A stretch of DNA of 64,000 bases from Macrostomum lignano (taxonomy: Eukaryota), in assembly GCA_002269645.1 (NCBI GenBank), contig NIVC01000309.1, positions 620,001 to 684,000 on the forward strand, in the 5' to 3' direction. The notes under the pieces were generated by a model. That model searched no databases, had not been told where the DNA came from, and saw nothing but the letters and a program-made list of their open reading frames with translations. Shown here in pieces: positions 1-13,835 of the stretch. How positions within the stretch are numbered: position 1 is the first letter of the stretch; each line of letters starts with the position of its first letter. The translations under genes and the position numbers were made by a program.

Positions 1-115
1 CCTGTCCTTAATGAGACTAAACGTGTCCTAAATGAGACTAAACCTGTCCTTAATGAGACTAAACGTGTCCTAAATGAGACTAAACCTGTCCTTAATGAGA
101 CTAAACGTGTCCTAA
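1..115. repeat. 21-bp tandem repeat (CCTGTCCTTAATGAGACTAAA variants), cut by window start
   Basis: About 5 consecutive units read directly. Confidence 0.85.
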
Positions 116-2574
116 AGTTGTCGCTAATTCCCATGTATTTTACATTTAGATTACACTTTGTGTTATTAAACAAAGATTTGGAAATACTAAATAGTACTGT
201 TATAAATACGGATTCACCATGCTTTGATGTTTGGGTGCAGACAATTTCTGGATAGCTATGATATGGCTTGTCAGTCTGCAATGCGGCTACTGCATACACA
301 CTATGCGCTCGCCTTTGATGGCAAAGAGAATACTAGCTATTGTTATAAAAGCTGTTGCCTGTTTTATTCTAAAAGCTAATAATCGATGGGACTCGCGGTA
401 AGGTGCAGCCACGAGGAGAGGGTCGGGCGATTATTCTAGACCGCCTACACTAGACTAGCTATATCCCATCCCTTTCCCGCCAAAGCTTGTAGGAATGTTG
501 CCTGACAGGCAGACAGACTGGGTGCGGGAAGGAAAACTCTAGCTCTGTTGACGGTCATCTCGCGGCATCCTGTTTATCTGCATATGGCTGCTGGCTAGAA
601 ATATTTTTATATATCCTGTTTTCGCGCCTCGACATTTCTCTCTCTCCCACGCGACCGCCGCGAGGTGCACTTCGATCGTCTTTGATCTTGAATCTTCGCC
701 GAATGTGAATTTGGGATAATTTGAATTTTGCGAATATTTTTAACTGCTTTTAACAAAATATTTTTGCAAATGTAACATGTTAATCTAATAATGCAGTGTA
801 TATACTTAAATACAGTATTTATACACATTTCATTTGCTTTAAAGGGTCGTATAGAGCGCATTATATTATAACTTAATTATCTTTCTTAATTATGTGGAAT
901 TACATGAGTTACTTCCTTCAAAGTATGAAAGCCAGACAGCTGCACGAGGAAAATTACCATTTTTATTTAATTGTCCAAGAATATTGACAAAACCCAACAT
1001 ATTCCGGTATTTTATAAGCCATCGGAGAGCGGAAAAACTGTTCGAAAATGCATGGCACCACTCGACTAATTTAATTGCTGACTTTTTATATTTAAATACA
1101 GATTTAAAACCCTTTAATTACAATACGTATAGCTTTTGTTGTTATAATTTCAAAATTCTCATAATTTTCTGCATAAAAATGGTTCAACGGTAAGGTAATG
1201 TTTATATTACGTACGATATAGCTAAAAATTTAAAAATACAAATCTTTTTTTAAAAACAAATAAAAATTTATAAATACTATTATAACCAATTATTAAGAAA
1301 TCAAAAAGACTTATATTAACAACACCTTCAGATTATATTTTCTGTATGCGAATTAAAAAACACTAGATAAAATATAGTAGCTATCAAACGTAAATAAGTA
1401 TATTAATATTAATACTCAATGGGGAATACACTCGTACTCATCGTAATCGCTGTGTATTAGTAAAGTAAATGTACTTAAATTAATTAAAGTTAACTTGAGT
1501 GTCACGATTAAAATAATTTTGCGAATTAGCTTTAATACTTCTTATTTACTCAAATTTAAATTTTATCTCGAAAATAATATTAATAACGGTAAATGTCGAC
1601 AAGTACATGCAATTTATTGGATTTACTATCCCCCGAAAGTTAAGCAGTAACCAACAAGATGGTTACAACAAGTGTCAGGGTCATTGGAAAAAAAGAAAAC
1701 TGGTTCATACTGAAGCGATGGATGCTCCCGATAGGTTTTTCTTCCCGAAGAAATTTTCTCAAATTGGCAATACATGGCTATAGCTAACACAAGACTAAAT
1801 GCATAAAACCGGCACAGTTATACACATATGTGCTCCATCCTTATGCACTAGATCGCTCCCAGTTCTACTCCAACCCATCCGCCAGAGATTTCCCGGCTCA
1901 GAAATCTAGCTAGTATAGCCGCCCCCACTCCTTCCTCAAACCAGCTTTCTTCCACGTTGGAAAAATTCTATTCTAGCGAGGAGGGGAGGAAGAGAGAGAG
2001 AGAAAAGTCCAAGATTTAGCGATTGGGCAGAGTGGAGTGGGCAGAGAACGGCCTCTATACTCTTTGAGTCTTCGTGATTTGAGTTCGAAAGTATATCCCC
2101 CTTGCCTATAGAGCTGGGGGCATTCCACTTGCCTATAGCCTGAGGGATTCGCCATTGGGGAATTGCCGGGGCCCAGCGCCTTCTCTCTTCAGCTTCCCTC
2201 CCTCATCCCGTCGATCCCCCAACTTCAACCTTCTCCCTAACCCCCATCCCTCCCTCCCTCGGGCCAGCTTCCCATTTCTCCTGCAAGCGGAGGGCTTCTC
2301 TTGGTAAAAAAAATAAACAGAACAATATTGCTGGGAATGGGAAAATAATCCCTGCATGAGCTGCTGTTTAACTCAGACGAGTCTGGTTCCGCTTTGAGAT
2401 GCGGGCTGGGCACCAGACAAGTTCGCATGGTTGCAGCCATGGAAAATTGTGGACTTTGAAATGGCACTAAAGCTGCAATTACAGCGAACTTCTCGACAAA
2501 CTGTGTGCAAAATAAACTGAAGTAGGTCGCTTTCAAAAAGTTGCCATCTTGTTTTATTCAATCCCAACAGTACT

Positions 2575-3960
2575 CACAGAGAGTCAGTAGACACAGAGAG
2601 TCAGTAGACACAGAGAGTCAGTAGACACACAGAGAGTCAGTAGTCACAGAGAGTCAGTAGACACAGAGAGTCAGTAGACACAGAGAGTCAGTAGACACAC
2701 AGAGAGTCAGTAGACACACAGAGAGTAAGTAGACACACAGAGAGTCAGTAGACACACAGAGAGTCAGTAGACACACAGAGAGTCAGTAGACACACAGAGA
2801 GTCAGTAGTCACAGAGAGTCAGTAGACACAAAGAGTCAGTAGACACAGTCAGTAGTCACAGAGAGTCAGTAGTCACAGAGAGTCAGTAGACACAGAGAGT
2901 CAGTAGTCACAGAGAGTCAGTAGACACACAGAGAGTCAGTAGACACAGAGAGTCAGTAGTCACAGAGAGTCAGTAGACACACAGAGAGTCAGTAGTCACA
3001 GAGAGTCAGTAGACACACAGAGAGTCAGTAGACACACAGAGAGTCAGTAGTCACAGAGAGTCAGTAGACACACAGAGAGTCAGTAGACACACAGAGATTA
3101 AGTAGACACACAGAGAGTCAGTAGTCACAGAGAGTCAGTAGACACAGAGAGTCAGTAGTCACAGAGAGTCAGTAGTCACAGAGAGTCAGTAGTCACAGAG
3201 AGTCAGTAGACACAGAGAGTCAGTAGTCACAGAGAGTCAGTAGTCACAGAGAGTCAGTAGACACAGAGAGTCAGTAGTCACAGAGAGTCAGTAGACACAC
3301 AGAGAGTCAGTAGTCACAGAGAGTCAGTAGTCACAGAGAGTCAGTCGACACACAGAGAGTCAGTAGTCACAGAGAGTCAGTAGACACACAGAGAGTCAGT
3401 AGACACACAGAGAGTCAGTAGACACACAGAGAGTCAGTAGTCACAGAGAGTCAGTAGACACACAGAGAGTCAGTAGTCACAGAGAGTCAGTAGACACACA
3501 GAGAGTCAGTAGTCACAGAGAGTCAGTAGTCACAGAGAGTCAGTAGACACACAGAGAGTCAGTAGACACACAGAGAGTCAGTAGACACACAGAGAGTCAG
3601 TAGTCACAGAGAGTCAGTAGACACAGAGAGTCAGTAGTCACAGAGAGTCAGTAGACACAGAGAGTTAGTAGTCACAGAGAGTCAGTAGACACAGAAAGTC
3701 AGTAGACACAGTCAGTAGTCACAGAGAGTCAGTAGTCACAGAGAGTCAGTAGACACAGAGAGTCAGTAGTCACAGAGAGTCAGTAGACACAGAGAGTCAG
3801 TAGTCACAGAGAGTCAGTAGACACAGAGAGTCAGTAGTCACAGAGAGTCAGTAGTCACAGAGAGTCAGTAGACACAGAGAGTCAGTAGTCACAGAGAGTC
3901 AGTAGTCACAGAGAGTCAGTAGACACAGAGAGTCAGTAGACACACAGAGAGTCAGTAGAC
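2575..3960 (+). repeat. 17/19-bp minisatellite (CA)CACAGAGAGTCAGTAG(A/T), left arm of an inverted pair
   Basis: Continuous array read directly. Confidence 0.95.
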
Positions 3961-4557
3961 AATAATTCTCTCGGTGCATAAATGTTTCTATTTGTCTTTT
4001 TGCTTTCCTATTTCTGCAGCTCCTCCAGCACAGGTCGAGCCTCAGTTAACCACTGGGTTTCCAGCCTCTTTATTAGTCTTCCTCCTGCTAGCAGAGTCGT
4101 TCTGCCTCGCCGCAGGCCAGCAGGGTGCACAGGCGAGCATTTTGTCGAAAGCCTACTCAAGTAGAATTTCGACTCTCGTGCACCCAACCCGTCTGGCGCT
4201 GCCGAGGAGAATTTTGCTCCGCAGTCTTGACCCCCCTAGCGCGGTTGAGAATGAGGTCAACGAAAGAAACTAGGAAACAGTTGAGCAGTCATGTGAATTT
4301 CTATTTGCCCTCTCTGACCGGGGCCGGGGGAGGAATGGGGTGGGATACGAGCTCCATCTGAACCCAGCCTTCACAAAGCCCCCAAGAACCCTACAGATTA
4401 TATTTTCCGAGGCCGATGACTAAAATTTGCCAACCTTAAATAATTCAGCCGTTTTGGCCGGAGCTGTGCCACGGTTTGAGCAAATTTGAGAAACTGCTGC
4501 GGACCGAGCATTTAGGCAAACATTGGTGATGTGTCCGAGCTGACCGAACCTCTGACT

Positions 4558-7501
4558 TTGACTACTGACTCTCTGTGACTACTGACTCTCTGTGTCTACT
4601 GACTCTCTGTGACTACTGACTCTCTGTGACTACTGACTCTCTGTGACTACTGACTCTCTGTGTCTACTGACTCTCTGTGACTACTGACTCTCTGTGACTA
4701 CTGACTCTCTGTGTGTCTACTGACTCTCTGTGTGTCTACTGACTCTCTGTGTCTACTGACTCTCTGTGTGTCTACTGACTCTCTGTGTGTCTACTGACTC
4801 TCTGTGTCTACTGACTCTCTGTGACTACTGACTCTCTGTGACTACTGACTGTGTCTACTGACTCTCTGTGTCTACTGACTCTCTGTGTCTACTGACTCTC
4901 TGTGACTACTGACTCTCTGTGTCTACTGACTCTCTGTGTGTCTACTGACTCTCTGTGTCTACTGACTCTCTGTGTGTCTACTGACTCTCTGTGTGTCTAC
5001 TGACTCTCTGTGTGTCTACTGACTCTCTGTGTGTCTACTGACTCTCTGTGTGTCTACTGACTCTCTGTGTGTCTACTGACTCGCTGTACTCTACTGACTC
5101 TCTGTGTGTCTACTGACTCTCTGTGTGTATACTGACTCTCTGTGTGTATACTGACTCTCTGTGTGTCTACTGACTCTCTGTGTGTCTACTGACTCTCTGT
5201 GTGTCTACTGACTCTCTGTGTGTCTACTGACTCTCTGTGTGTCTACTGACTCTCTGTGTGTCTACTGACTCTCTGTGTGTCTACTGACGCTCTGTGTGTA
5301 TACTGACTCTCTGTGTGTCTACTGACTCTCTGTGTGTCTACTGACTCTCTGTGTGTCTACTGACTCTCTGTGTGTCTACTGACTCTCTGTGTGTCTACTG
5401 ACTCTCTGTGTGTCTACTGACTCTCTGTGTGTCTACTGACTCTCTGTGTGTCTACTGACTCTCTGTGTGTCTACTGACTCTCTGTGTGTCTACTGACTCT
5501 CTGTGTGTCTACTGACTCTCTGTGTGTCTACTGACTCTCTGTGTGTCTACTGACTCTCTGTGTGTCTACTGACTCTCTGTGTGTCTACTGACTCTCTGTG
5601 TGTCTACTGACTCTCTGTGTGTCTACTGACTCTCTGTGACGCTCTGTGTGTATACTGACTCTCTGTGTGTCTACTGACTCAATGTGTGTCTACTGACTCT
5701 CTGTGTGTCTACTGACTCTCTGTGTGTCTACTGACTCTCTGTGTGTCTACTGACTCTCTGTGTGTCTACTGACTCTCTGTGACTACTGACTCTCTGTGTG
5801 TCTACTGACTCTGTGTCTACTGACTCTCTGTGTGTCTACTGACTCTCTGTGTGTCTACTGACTCGCTGTACTCTACTGACTCTCTGTGTGTCTACTGACT
5901 CTCTGTGTGTCTACTGACGCTCTGTGTGTCTACTGACTCTCTGTGTGTCTACTGACTCTCTGTGTGTCTACTGACTCTCTGTGTGTCTACTGACTCTCTG
6001 TGTGTCTACTGACTCTCTGTGTGTCTACTGACTCGCTGTACTCTACTGACTCTCTGTGTGTCTACTGACTCTCTGTGTCTACTGACTCTCTGTGTGTCTA
6101 CTGACTCTCTGTGTGTCTACTGACTCTCTGTGTGTCTACTGACTCTCTGTGTGTCTACTGACTCTCTGTGTGTCTACTGACTCTCTGTGACTACTGACTC
6201 TCTGTGTGTCTACTGACTCTCTGTGTGTCTACTGACTCTCTGTGTGTCTACTGACTCTCTGTGACGCTCTGTGTGTAAACTGACTCTCTGTGTGTCTACT
6301 GACTCTCTGTGTGTCTACTGACTCTCTGTGTGTCTACTGACTCTCTGTGTGTCTACTGACTCGCTGTACTCTACTGACTCTGTGTCTACTGACTCTCTGT
6401 GTGTCTACTGACTCTCTGTGTGTCTACTGACTCTCTGTGTGTCTACTGACTCTCTGTGTGTCTACTGACTCTCTGTGTGTCTACTGACTCTCTGTGTGTC
6501 TACTGACTCTCTGTGTTTGTCTACTGACTCTCTGTGTGTCTACTGACTCTCTGTGTGTCTACTGACTCTCTGTGTGTCTACTGACTCTCTGTGTGTCTAC
6601 TGACTCTCTGTGTGTCTACTGACTCTCTGTGTGTCTACTGACTCTCTGTGTGTCTACTGACTCTCTGTGTGTCTACTGACTCTCTGTGTGTCTACTGACT
6701 CTCTGTGTGTCTACTGACTCTCTGTGTGTCTACTGACTCGCTGTACTCTACTGACTCTCTGTGTGTCTACTGACTCTCTGTGTGTCTACTGACTCTCTGT
6801 GTCTACTGACTCTCTGTGTGTCTACTGACTCTCTGTGTGTCTACTGACTCTCTGTGTGTCTACTGACGCTCTGTGTATCTACTGACTCTCTGTGTCTACT
6901 GACTCTCTGTGTCTACTGACTCTCTGTGTCTACTGACTCTCTGTGTCTACTGACTCTCTGTGTGTCTACTGACTCTCTGTGTATCTACTGACTCTCTGTG
7001 TCTACTGACTCTCTGTGTGTCTACTGACTCTCTGTGTCTACTGACTCTCTGTGTCTTCTGCTCTGTGTCTACTGACTATCGGTGACTACTGACTCTCTGT
7101 GTCTACTGACTCTCTGTGTCTACTGACTCTCTGTGTGTCTACTGACTCTCTGTGTGTCTACTGACTCTCTGTGTCTACTGACTCTCTGTGTGTCTACTGA
7201 CTCTCTGTGTGTCTACTGACGCTCTGTGTGTCTACTGACTCTCTGTGTGTCTACTGACTCTCTGTGTCTACTGACTCTGTGTCTACTGACTCTCTGTGTG
7301 TCTACTGACTCTCTGTGTGTCTACTGACTCTCTGTGTCTACTGACTCTCTGTGTGTCTACTGACTCTCTGTGTCTACTGACTCTCTGTGTGTCTACTGAC
7401 TCTCTGTGTCTACTGACTCTCTGTGTCTTCTGCTCTGTGTCTACTGACTATCGGTGACTACTGACTCTCTGTGTCTACTGACTCTCTGTGTCTACTGACT
7501 C
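4558..7501 (-). repeat. Same 17/19-bp minisatellite in reverse-complement orientation (TCTACTGACTCTCTGTG(TG)), right arm
   Basis: Unit is the reverse complement of the 2575-3960 unit. Confidence 0.95.
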
Positions 7502-8081
7502 CAATGTCTATCGCATATGAAGCCTACAAATTCCGGCTTCCACTCTAGGGTGCAGATTCAGCGGTAGGTAACCTTGCTATTCGTGTAAATGAAAAGATAT
7601 CCATTCAGCAGGAGAATTTGAGTCGGAACTGGAAGTGACTGTGGCTCCGAGGAGAGAACTTGGGCGGGTCCAAGAACTGCAGACATCAGAGCAGCTGCGA
7701 AACAATATGAAGTAATTAATTTATTTGACAAGAGATGGAGCAAGTGCAGCCTCCCCACAGCCTTGTATTGTTCTGGTGGAATTGCTTTGGGATGCTGGGG
7801 TCTGCGCAGCGCACTGTTTCATCATCAGCCCTGTTTGACGGACAACAGCCGCAGCCAAGAGCTCCGTTGTGTTGCTTTTTTTAGTTGCTGGGGCCGTTGC
7901 TGGCAGCTCAGCTCAGAGCCACATAAAAGCTATAGAGGCGGCGGCTCTAGGAGGCTGGGGGAGGAGCAGCTGCACCCCTGATGGAGAAGGTGAGCTAAGA
8001 GAGCCAACCCTGGAGAGCTGGATACAGGGTTTGTCTTGATTAGCTGATAGGCTTGCATTTCCTTGAATGTGCAACTAGTAC

Positions 8082-8600
<519 letters not shown>

Positions 8601-9049
8601 ACGCGCAACAGTACATATTACTCATTCAGGAATACCTCCGAGTCCCTCTCGTACACTGTCAGTGCAACAAGGCTCAGTAGAGGCCATTCAAGCTCACATG
8701 CAGTAGGTAAATACTTGGCCGCCGCCTTCAATATTTGCACAATAAAGTCTGTCTGCTATATTGCTACGCTCGTTTTTCGGAAACTCTTACGAAGTATCGA
8801 AAGATATACGATCACATTATTTGCCCAAGTCTGAACTCGCTTTACTCAAATCTCTTGTCTGCTCTGTCATCGGTTGAGCCTTCAATTTCTGCACCCTGCA
8901 GTTTTTGCTAAACTGTGACCGTGAGATGAAAATCTGAAGCGGGATTTCGTCGTCTTGTAAGATAGGCAAGAAAGGTGCAAAATTTCAGTAGTGCGCTGCG
9001 AAAGGAGAGCTAGCCATTAGAAGCGAGAAAAGGAGAAAAGAAACAGGAA

Positions 9050-10440
9050 GAGCGAGGGGAAAGAGGGGAGAGGGGGAAGGCAGAGATAGATTAGAGGGAA
9101 TGGAGAGAGGGAGAGAAGGGGAGAGAGACGGGGGAGAGAGGGGAGGAGAGAGGGAGAGAGAGGGAGAGAGTGGGAGAGAGAGGGGAGGAGAGAGGGGAGA
9201 GAGGGGGAGAGAGGGGAGGAGAGAGGGAGAGAGAGGGAGAGAGTGGGAGAGAGAGGGGAGGAGAGAGGGAGAGAGAGGGAGAGAGAGGGAGAGAGTGGTA
9301 GAGAGAGGGGGAGAGAGGGGGGAGAGAGGGGAGGAGAGAGGGAGAGAGAGGGAGAGAGTGGGAGAGAGAGGGAGAGAGAGGGGGAGAGAGGGGAGGAGAG
9401 AGGGAGAGAGAGGGAGAGAGTGGGAGAGAGAGGGGAGGAGAGAGGGGGAGAGAGGGAGAGAGAGGGAGAGAGAGGGGAGGAGAGAGGGAGAGAGAGGGGG
9501 AGAGAGGGGAGGAGAGAGGGAGAGAGAGGGAGAGAGTGGGAGAGAGAGGGGAGGAGAAAGGGGGAGAGAGAGGGAGAGAGAGGGAGAGAGTGGTAGAGAG
9601 AGGGGGGAGAGAGGGGGAGAGAGGGGAGGAGAGAGGGAGAGAGAGGGAGAGAGTGGGAGAGAGAGGGGAGGAGAGAGGGGGAGAGAGAGGGAGAGAGTGG
9701 GAGAGAGAGGGAGAGAGAGGGGGAGAGAGGGGAGGAGAGAGGGAGAGAGAGGGAGAGAGTGGGAGAGAGAGGGGAGGAGAGAGGGGGAGAGAGAGGGAGA
9801 GAGAGGGAGAGAGAGGGGAGGAGAGAGGGAGAGAGAGGGGGAGAGAGGGGAGGAGAGAGGGAGAGAGAGGGAGAGAGTGGGAGAGAGAGGGGAGGAGAGA
9901 GGGGAGAGAGAGGGAGAGAGAGGGAGAGAGTGGTAGAGAGAGGGGGAGAGAGGGGGAGAGAGGGGAGGAGAGAGGGAGAGAGAGGGAGAGAGTGGGAGAG
10001 AGAGGGAGGAGAGAGGGGAGAGAGAGGGGTGAGAGAGGAGAGGAGAGAGGGAGAGAGAGGGAGAGAGTGGGAGAGAGAGGGGAGGAGAGAGGGGGAGAGA
10101 GAGGGAGAGAGAGGGAGAGAGTGGGAGAGAGAGGGGGGGAGAGGGGAGGAGGGAGGGAGAGAGAGGGAGAGAGTGGGAGAGAGAGGGGAGGAGAGAGGGG
10201 GAGAGAGAGGAGAGAGGGAGAGAGAGGGAGAGAGAGGGAGAGAGAGGGAGAGAGAGGGAGAGAGAGGGAGAGAGAGGGAGTGGGAGAGAGTGGGAGAGAG
10301 AAGGAGAGAGAGGGAGAGAGAGGGAGAGAGAGAGAGAGAGAGCGGAGGGAGAAGAGGAGAGAAAGAGATGGGTAGAGAGAGGGAGAGTGGGAGAGAGAGG
10401 GGAGACAGGTCGAGAGGAAGAGAGAAGAGAAGAGTTGATG
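9050..10440. repeat. ~1.4-kb homopurine GA-rich low-complexity tract
   Basis: Almost exclusively G/A on + strand, with occasional GAGTGG. Confidence 0.95.
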
Positions 10441-11249
10441 AGAGTCCAAGCAAGAGACAGTGAGGATTTATATCCTTGGATTAGCTCGGTGAGCCCCTCC
10501 CTCCCCCTTATCCCAGAAACTCCAGAGCAGCAACTCGAAAGCCATCCAAAGCCATCACTGATGATAGCTACTGGAAACTGCAAGAATGAGAGCGAGTTTG
10601 ATGTTGCCCGGCACGCAGTGATGGAGCGCAGAAGCTTCGTGGCGGCACTCAACACTCGCTCAACAGTCGGATTTGTGACAGTTAGTAGTTGCGCCCGCTG
10701 ACAGAGCCGGAGAGTCGGCGCCAGTTTTCTGTGTTTATTTTTCAACTCTTTCTCGTCAAAAAAGCATGCAGGCTGCCCTTCCGCCCGCCTCTCTACCTCG
10801 CTGTGTCCAGCCAGCATCAGCAGAGAGCGGACAGAGTCAAATTTGCCCGCGGGAGACGGCCGACAAAGGCATAAAACATGCAAAGCTTTATGACTGCCTA
10901 TCCAACCCCTATGCCCATCCCCCTACAGCTAGGGAGATGAGGCAGCTAAGTCTTCGAATCATTTTCCGCTCGATTAGATGTCTAGCGGCACGAGGGTTGC
11001 GGGTGGGGGAGCATCGATGCTGAAAATTGCACCCCATCAGCAGCTCCCCCGCTCGCTCGGCTGTTTTGAGTCGATTTTTTAGTTGGGGGGGCGGGGAGGG
11101 AGGCGGAGGGCGACAGAGTTTTTTGTTCAAGTTTATCGGACCGTGTCTCTGCGTGGCCTAAATTGCAAGAGTACTTTTTAGGTCTACCAAAGTCTACGGC
11201 TCAGGGAACCAGGGCTAGTTTGACCGTGTGTTGCGTAAAGCTATATAAA

Positions 11250-12958
11250 ATCTCACCATCTGGAAGCTCACCATCTGGAATCTCACCATCTGGAATCTCA
11301 CTATTTAGAATCTCACCATCTGGAATCTCACCATCTGGAATCTTACGATCTGGAATCTTACCATCTGGAATCCCACTATCTGGAATCTCACCATCTGAGA
11401 TCTCACCATCTGGAATCTCACCATCTGGGATCTCACCATCCAGAACCTCACCATCTGGAATCTCACCATCCAGAACCCCACCATCTGGAATCTCACTATT
11501 CAGAATCTCACCATCTGGAATCTCATCATCTGGAATCTCACCATCTGGAATCCCACTATCTGGAATCTCACCATCTGAGATCTCACCATCCAGAACCTCA
11601 CCATCTGGAATCTCACCATCTCGAATCTCATCAACTGGAATCTCACCATCCAGAACCCCACCATCTGGAATCTCACTATTTAGAATCTCACCATCTGGAA
11701 TCTCACCATCTGGAATCTCACCATCTGGAATCTCACCATCTGGAATCTTACCATCTGAAATCTCACCATCTGGAATCTCAACATCCAGAACCCAACTATC
11801 TGGAATCTCACCATCTGGAATCTCACCATCTGGGATCTCACCATCCAGAACCTCACCATCTGGAATCTCACCATCCAGAACCCCACCATCTGGAATCTCA
11901 CCATCCAGAACCCCACCATCTGGAATCTCACTATTCAGAATCTCACCATCTGGAATCTCATCATTTGGAATCTTACCATCTGGAATCCCACTATCTGGAA
12001 TCTCACCATCTGAGATCTCACCATCCAGAACCTCATCAACTGGAATCTCACCATCCAGGACCCCACCATCTGGAATCTCACCATCTGGAATCTTACCATC
12101 TGAAATCTCACCATCTGGAATCTCAACATCCAGAACCCAACTATCTGGAATCTCACCATCTGGAATCCCACCATCCAGAACCTCACCGTCTGGAATCTCA
12201 CTATTTTGAATCTCACTATCTGGAATCTCATCATCTGGAATCTCATCATCTGGAATCTCACCATCTCGAATCTCATCAACTGGAATCTCACCATCCAGAA
12301 CCCCACCATCTGGAATCTCACTATTTAGAATCTCACCATCTGGAATCTCACCATCTGGAATCTCACCATCTGGAATCTCACCATCTGGAATCTCACCATC
12401 TGGAATCTCACCATCTGGAATCTTACCATCTGAAATCTCACCATCTGGAATCTCAACATCCAGAACCCAACTATCTGGAATCTCACCATCTGGAATCTCA
12501 CCATCTGGGATCTCACCATCCAGAACCTCACCATCTGGAATCTCACCATCCAGAACCCCACCATCTGGAATCTCACCATCCAGAACCCCACCATCTGGAA
12601 TCTCACTATTCAGAATCTCACCATCTGGAATCTCATCATTTGGAATCTTACCATCTGGAATCCCACTATCTGGAATCTCACCATCTGAGATCTCACCATC
12701 CAGAACCTCATCAACTGGAATCTCACCATCCAGGACCCCACCATCTGGAATCTCACCATCTGGAATCTTACCATCTGAAATCTCACCATCTGGAATCTCA
12801 ACATCCAGAACCCAACTATCTGGAATCTCACCATCTGGAATCCCACCATCCAGAACCTCACCGTCTGGAATCTCACTATTTTGAATCTCACTATCTGGAA
12901 TCTCATCATCTGGAATCTCATCATCTGGAATCTCACCATCTGGAATCTCACCATCTCA
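11250..12958. repeat. 15-bp minisatellite CCATCTGGAATCTCA with higher-order variant patterns
   Basis: Read directly; source of the 'SGISP/ESHHL/MVRFQ' ORFs. Confidence 0.95.
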
Positions 12959-12974
12959 AACCCCATAGAACTCA

Positions 12975-13054
12975 TCAGTCAAGCAGCTCACCAGAATTGC
13001 CGTACACAGCCGCAAACTGCAGATTTCCGGCAGCGGTGGCGAGCCGCCTGTCTC

Positions 13055-13095
<41 letters not shown>

Positions 13096-13835
13096 GTCGC
13101 ACTGTACGGAAAATAATAGCGATAGTCGCTGGCGGGCGGCCCAGTCGCCAGCGGTCCGTTGCCTTGGTAACCAGCGAATCCGGCCGCGTAATCAACGGCT
13201 GCATCGCCGCAAATTGCCAATCCGGCCAGTCCGTGGTCCAACTCAAAGCTGCCCGAGGCGAATCTCTGCCGCTGCGGATGCAGCGCGTTTGTCGGCAGCG
13301 GCGGCGGCGCCTGCAGCTGCTGCTGTCTATGGTAAAAGTCGGTGCCCTCATCGGCTGATGCGTAGCCTCCGCCGCTGCCGCCGGCGCGCCTGTTTGAGTA
13401 GCTCTGATGCAGCTCGGAGTCTGAACTGTACTCCTGACGCTGCGGCTGATTCCAGCTGCTGGTTGAGTTGATGGCTTGCTGCCCTCTCTGCAGCGAGTGA
13501 CTGCTCAGCTGCGTGTCCGTTGACGGCGTTCTTGGCAACCGTCGCTGCTGCTGCAGCCGCGGACGGGCGGAGCTGGGCGGACCGAAATGCACGGCCCTTT
13601 GCTGCAACAGTTGCTGCTGCTGGAAGAAGTGCTGCGGCTTCTGGTGCTGCTGCTGATACTGATGGTTCGGATTGCCCTCCAACACGTCACGCGAATAGGC
13701 CGAGGCCTCGGAGCTTAAACCGGAATCGTTTGAGTCCTCTTGCTGCAACAGCAGCTGATGAGGCTGCAGCGGTTGTGACAGCGGCGGCGGCGGCTGCTGC
13801 GGCTGCTGCTTCTGCCGCGGCTGCCTGACAGACAT
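12975..13835 (-). CDS. Gln/Pro/Ser-rich low-complexity protein (orphan; single exon or first coding exon)
   Basis: 861-nt GC-rich ORF, mostly non-repetitive, with polyQ runs from (CTG)n. ATG at 13835 is preceded by an in-frame TGA. A strong donor (G|GTGAGC) near 12990 may splice it before the stop. No family recognised. Confidence 0.65.

Noticed and set aside
2237-2536. Minus-strand ORF containing MAATMRTCLVPSPHLKAEPDSS (transcription-factor-like)
   Set aside because: No recognisable domain and no phase-compatible partner exon found; cannot be supported.
10440-10883. HSEVERR resembling a bHLH basic region
   Set aside because: Following residues lack the helix-loop-helix pattern, and there is no convincing splice context.
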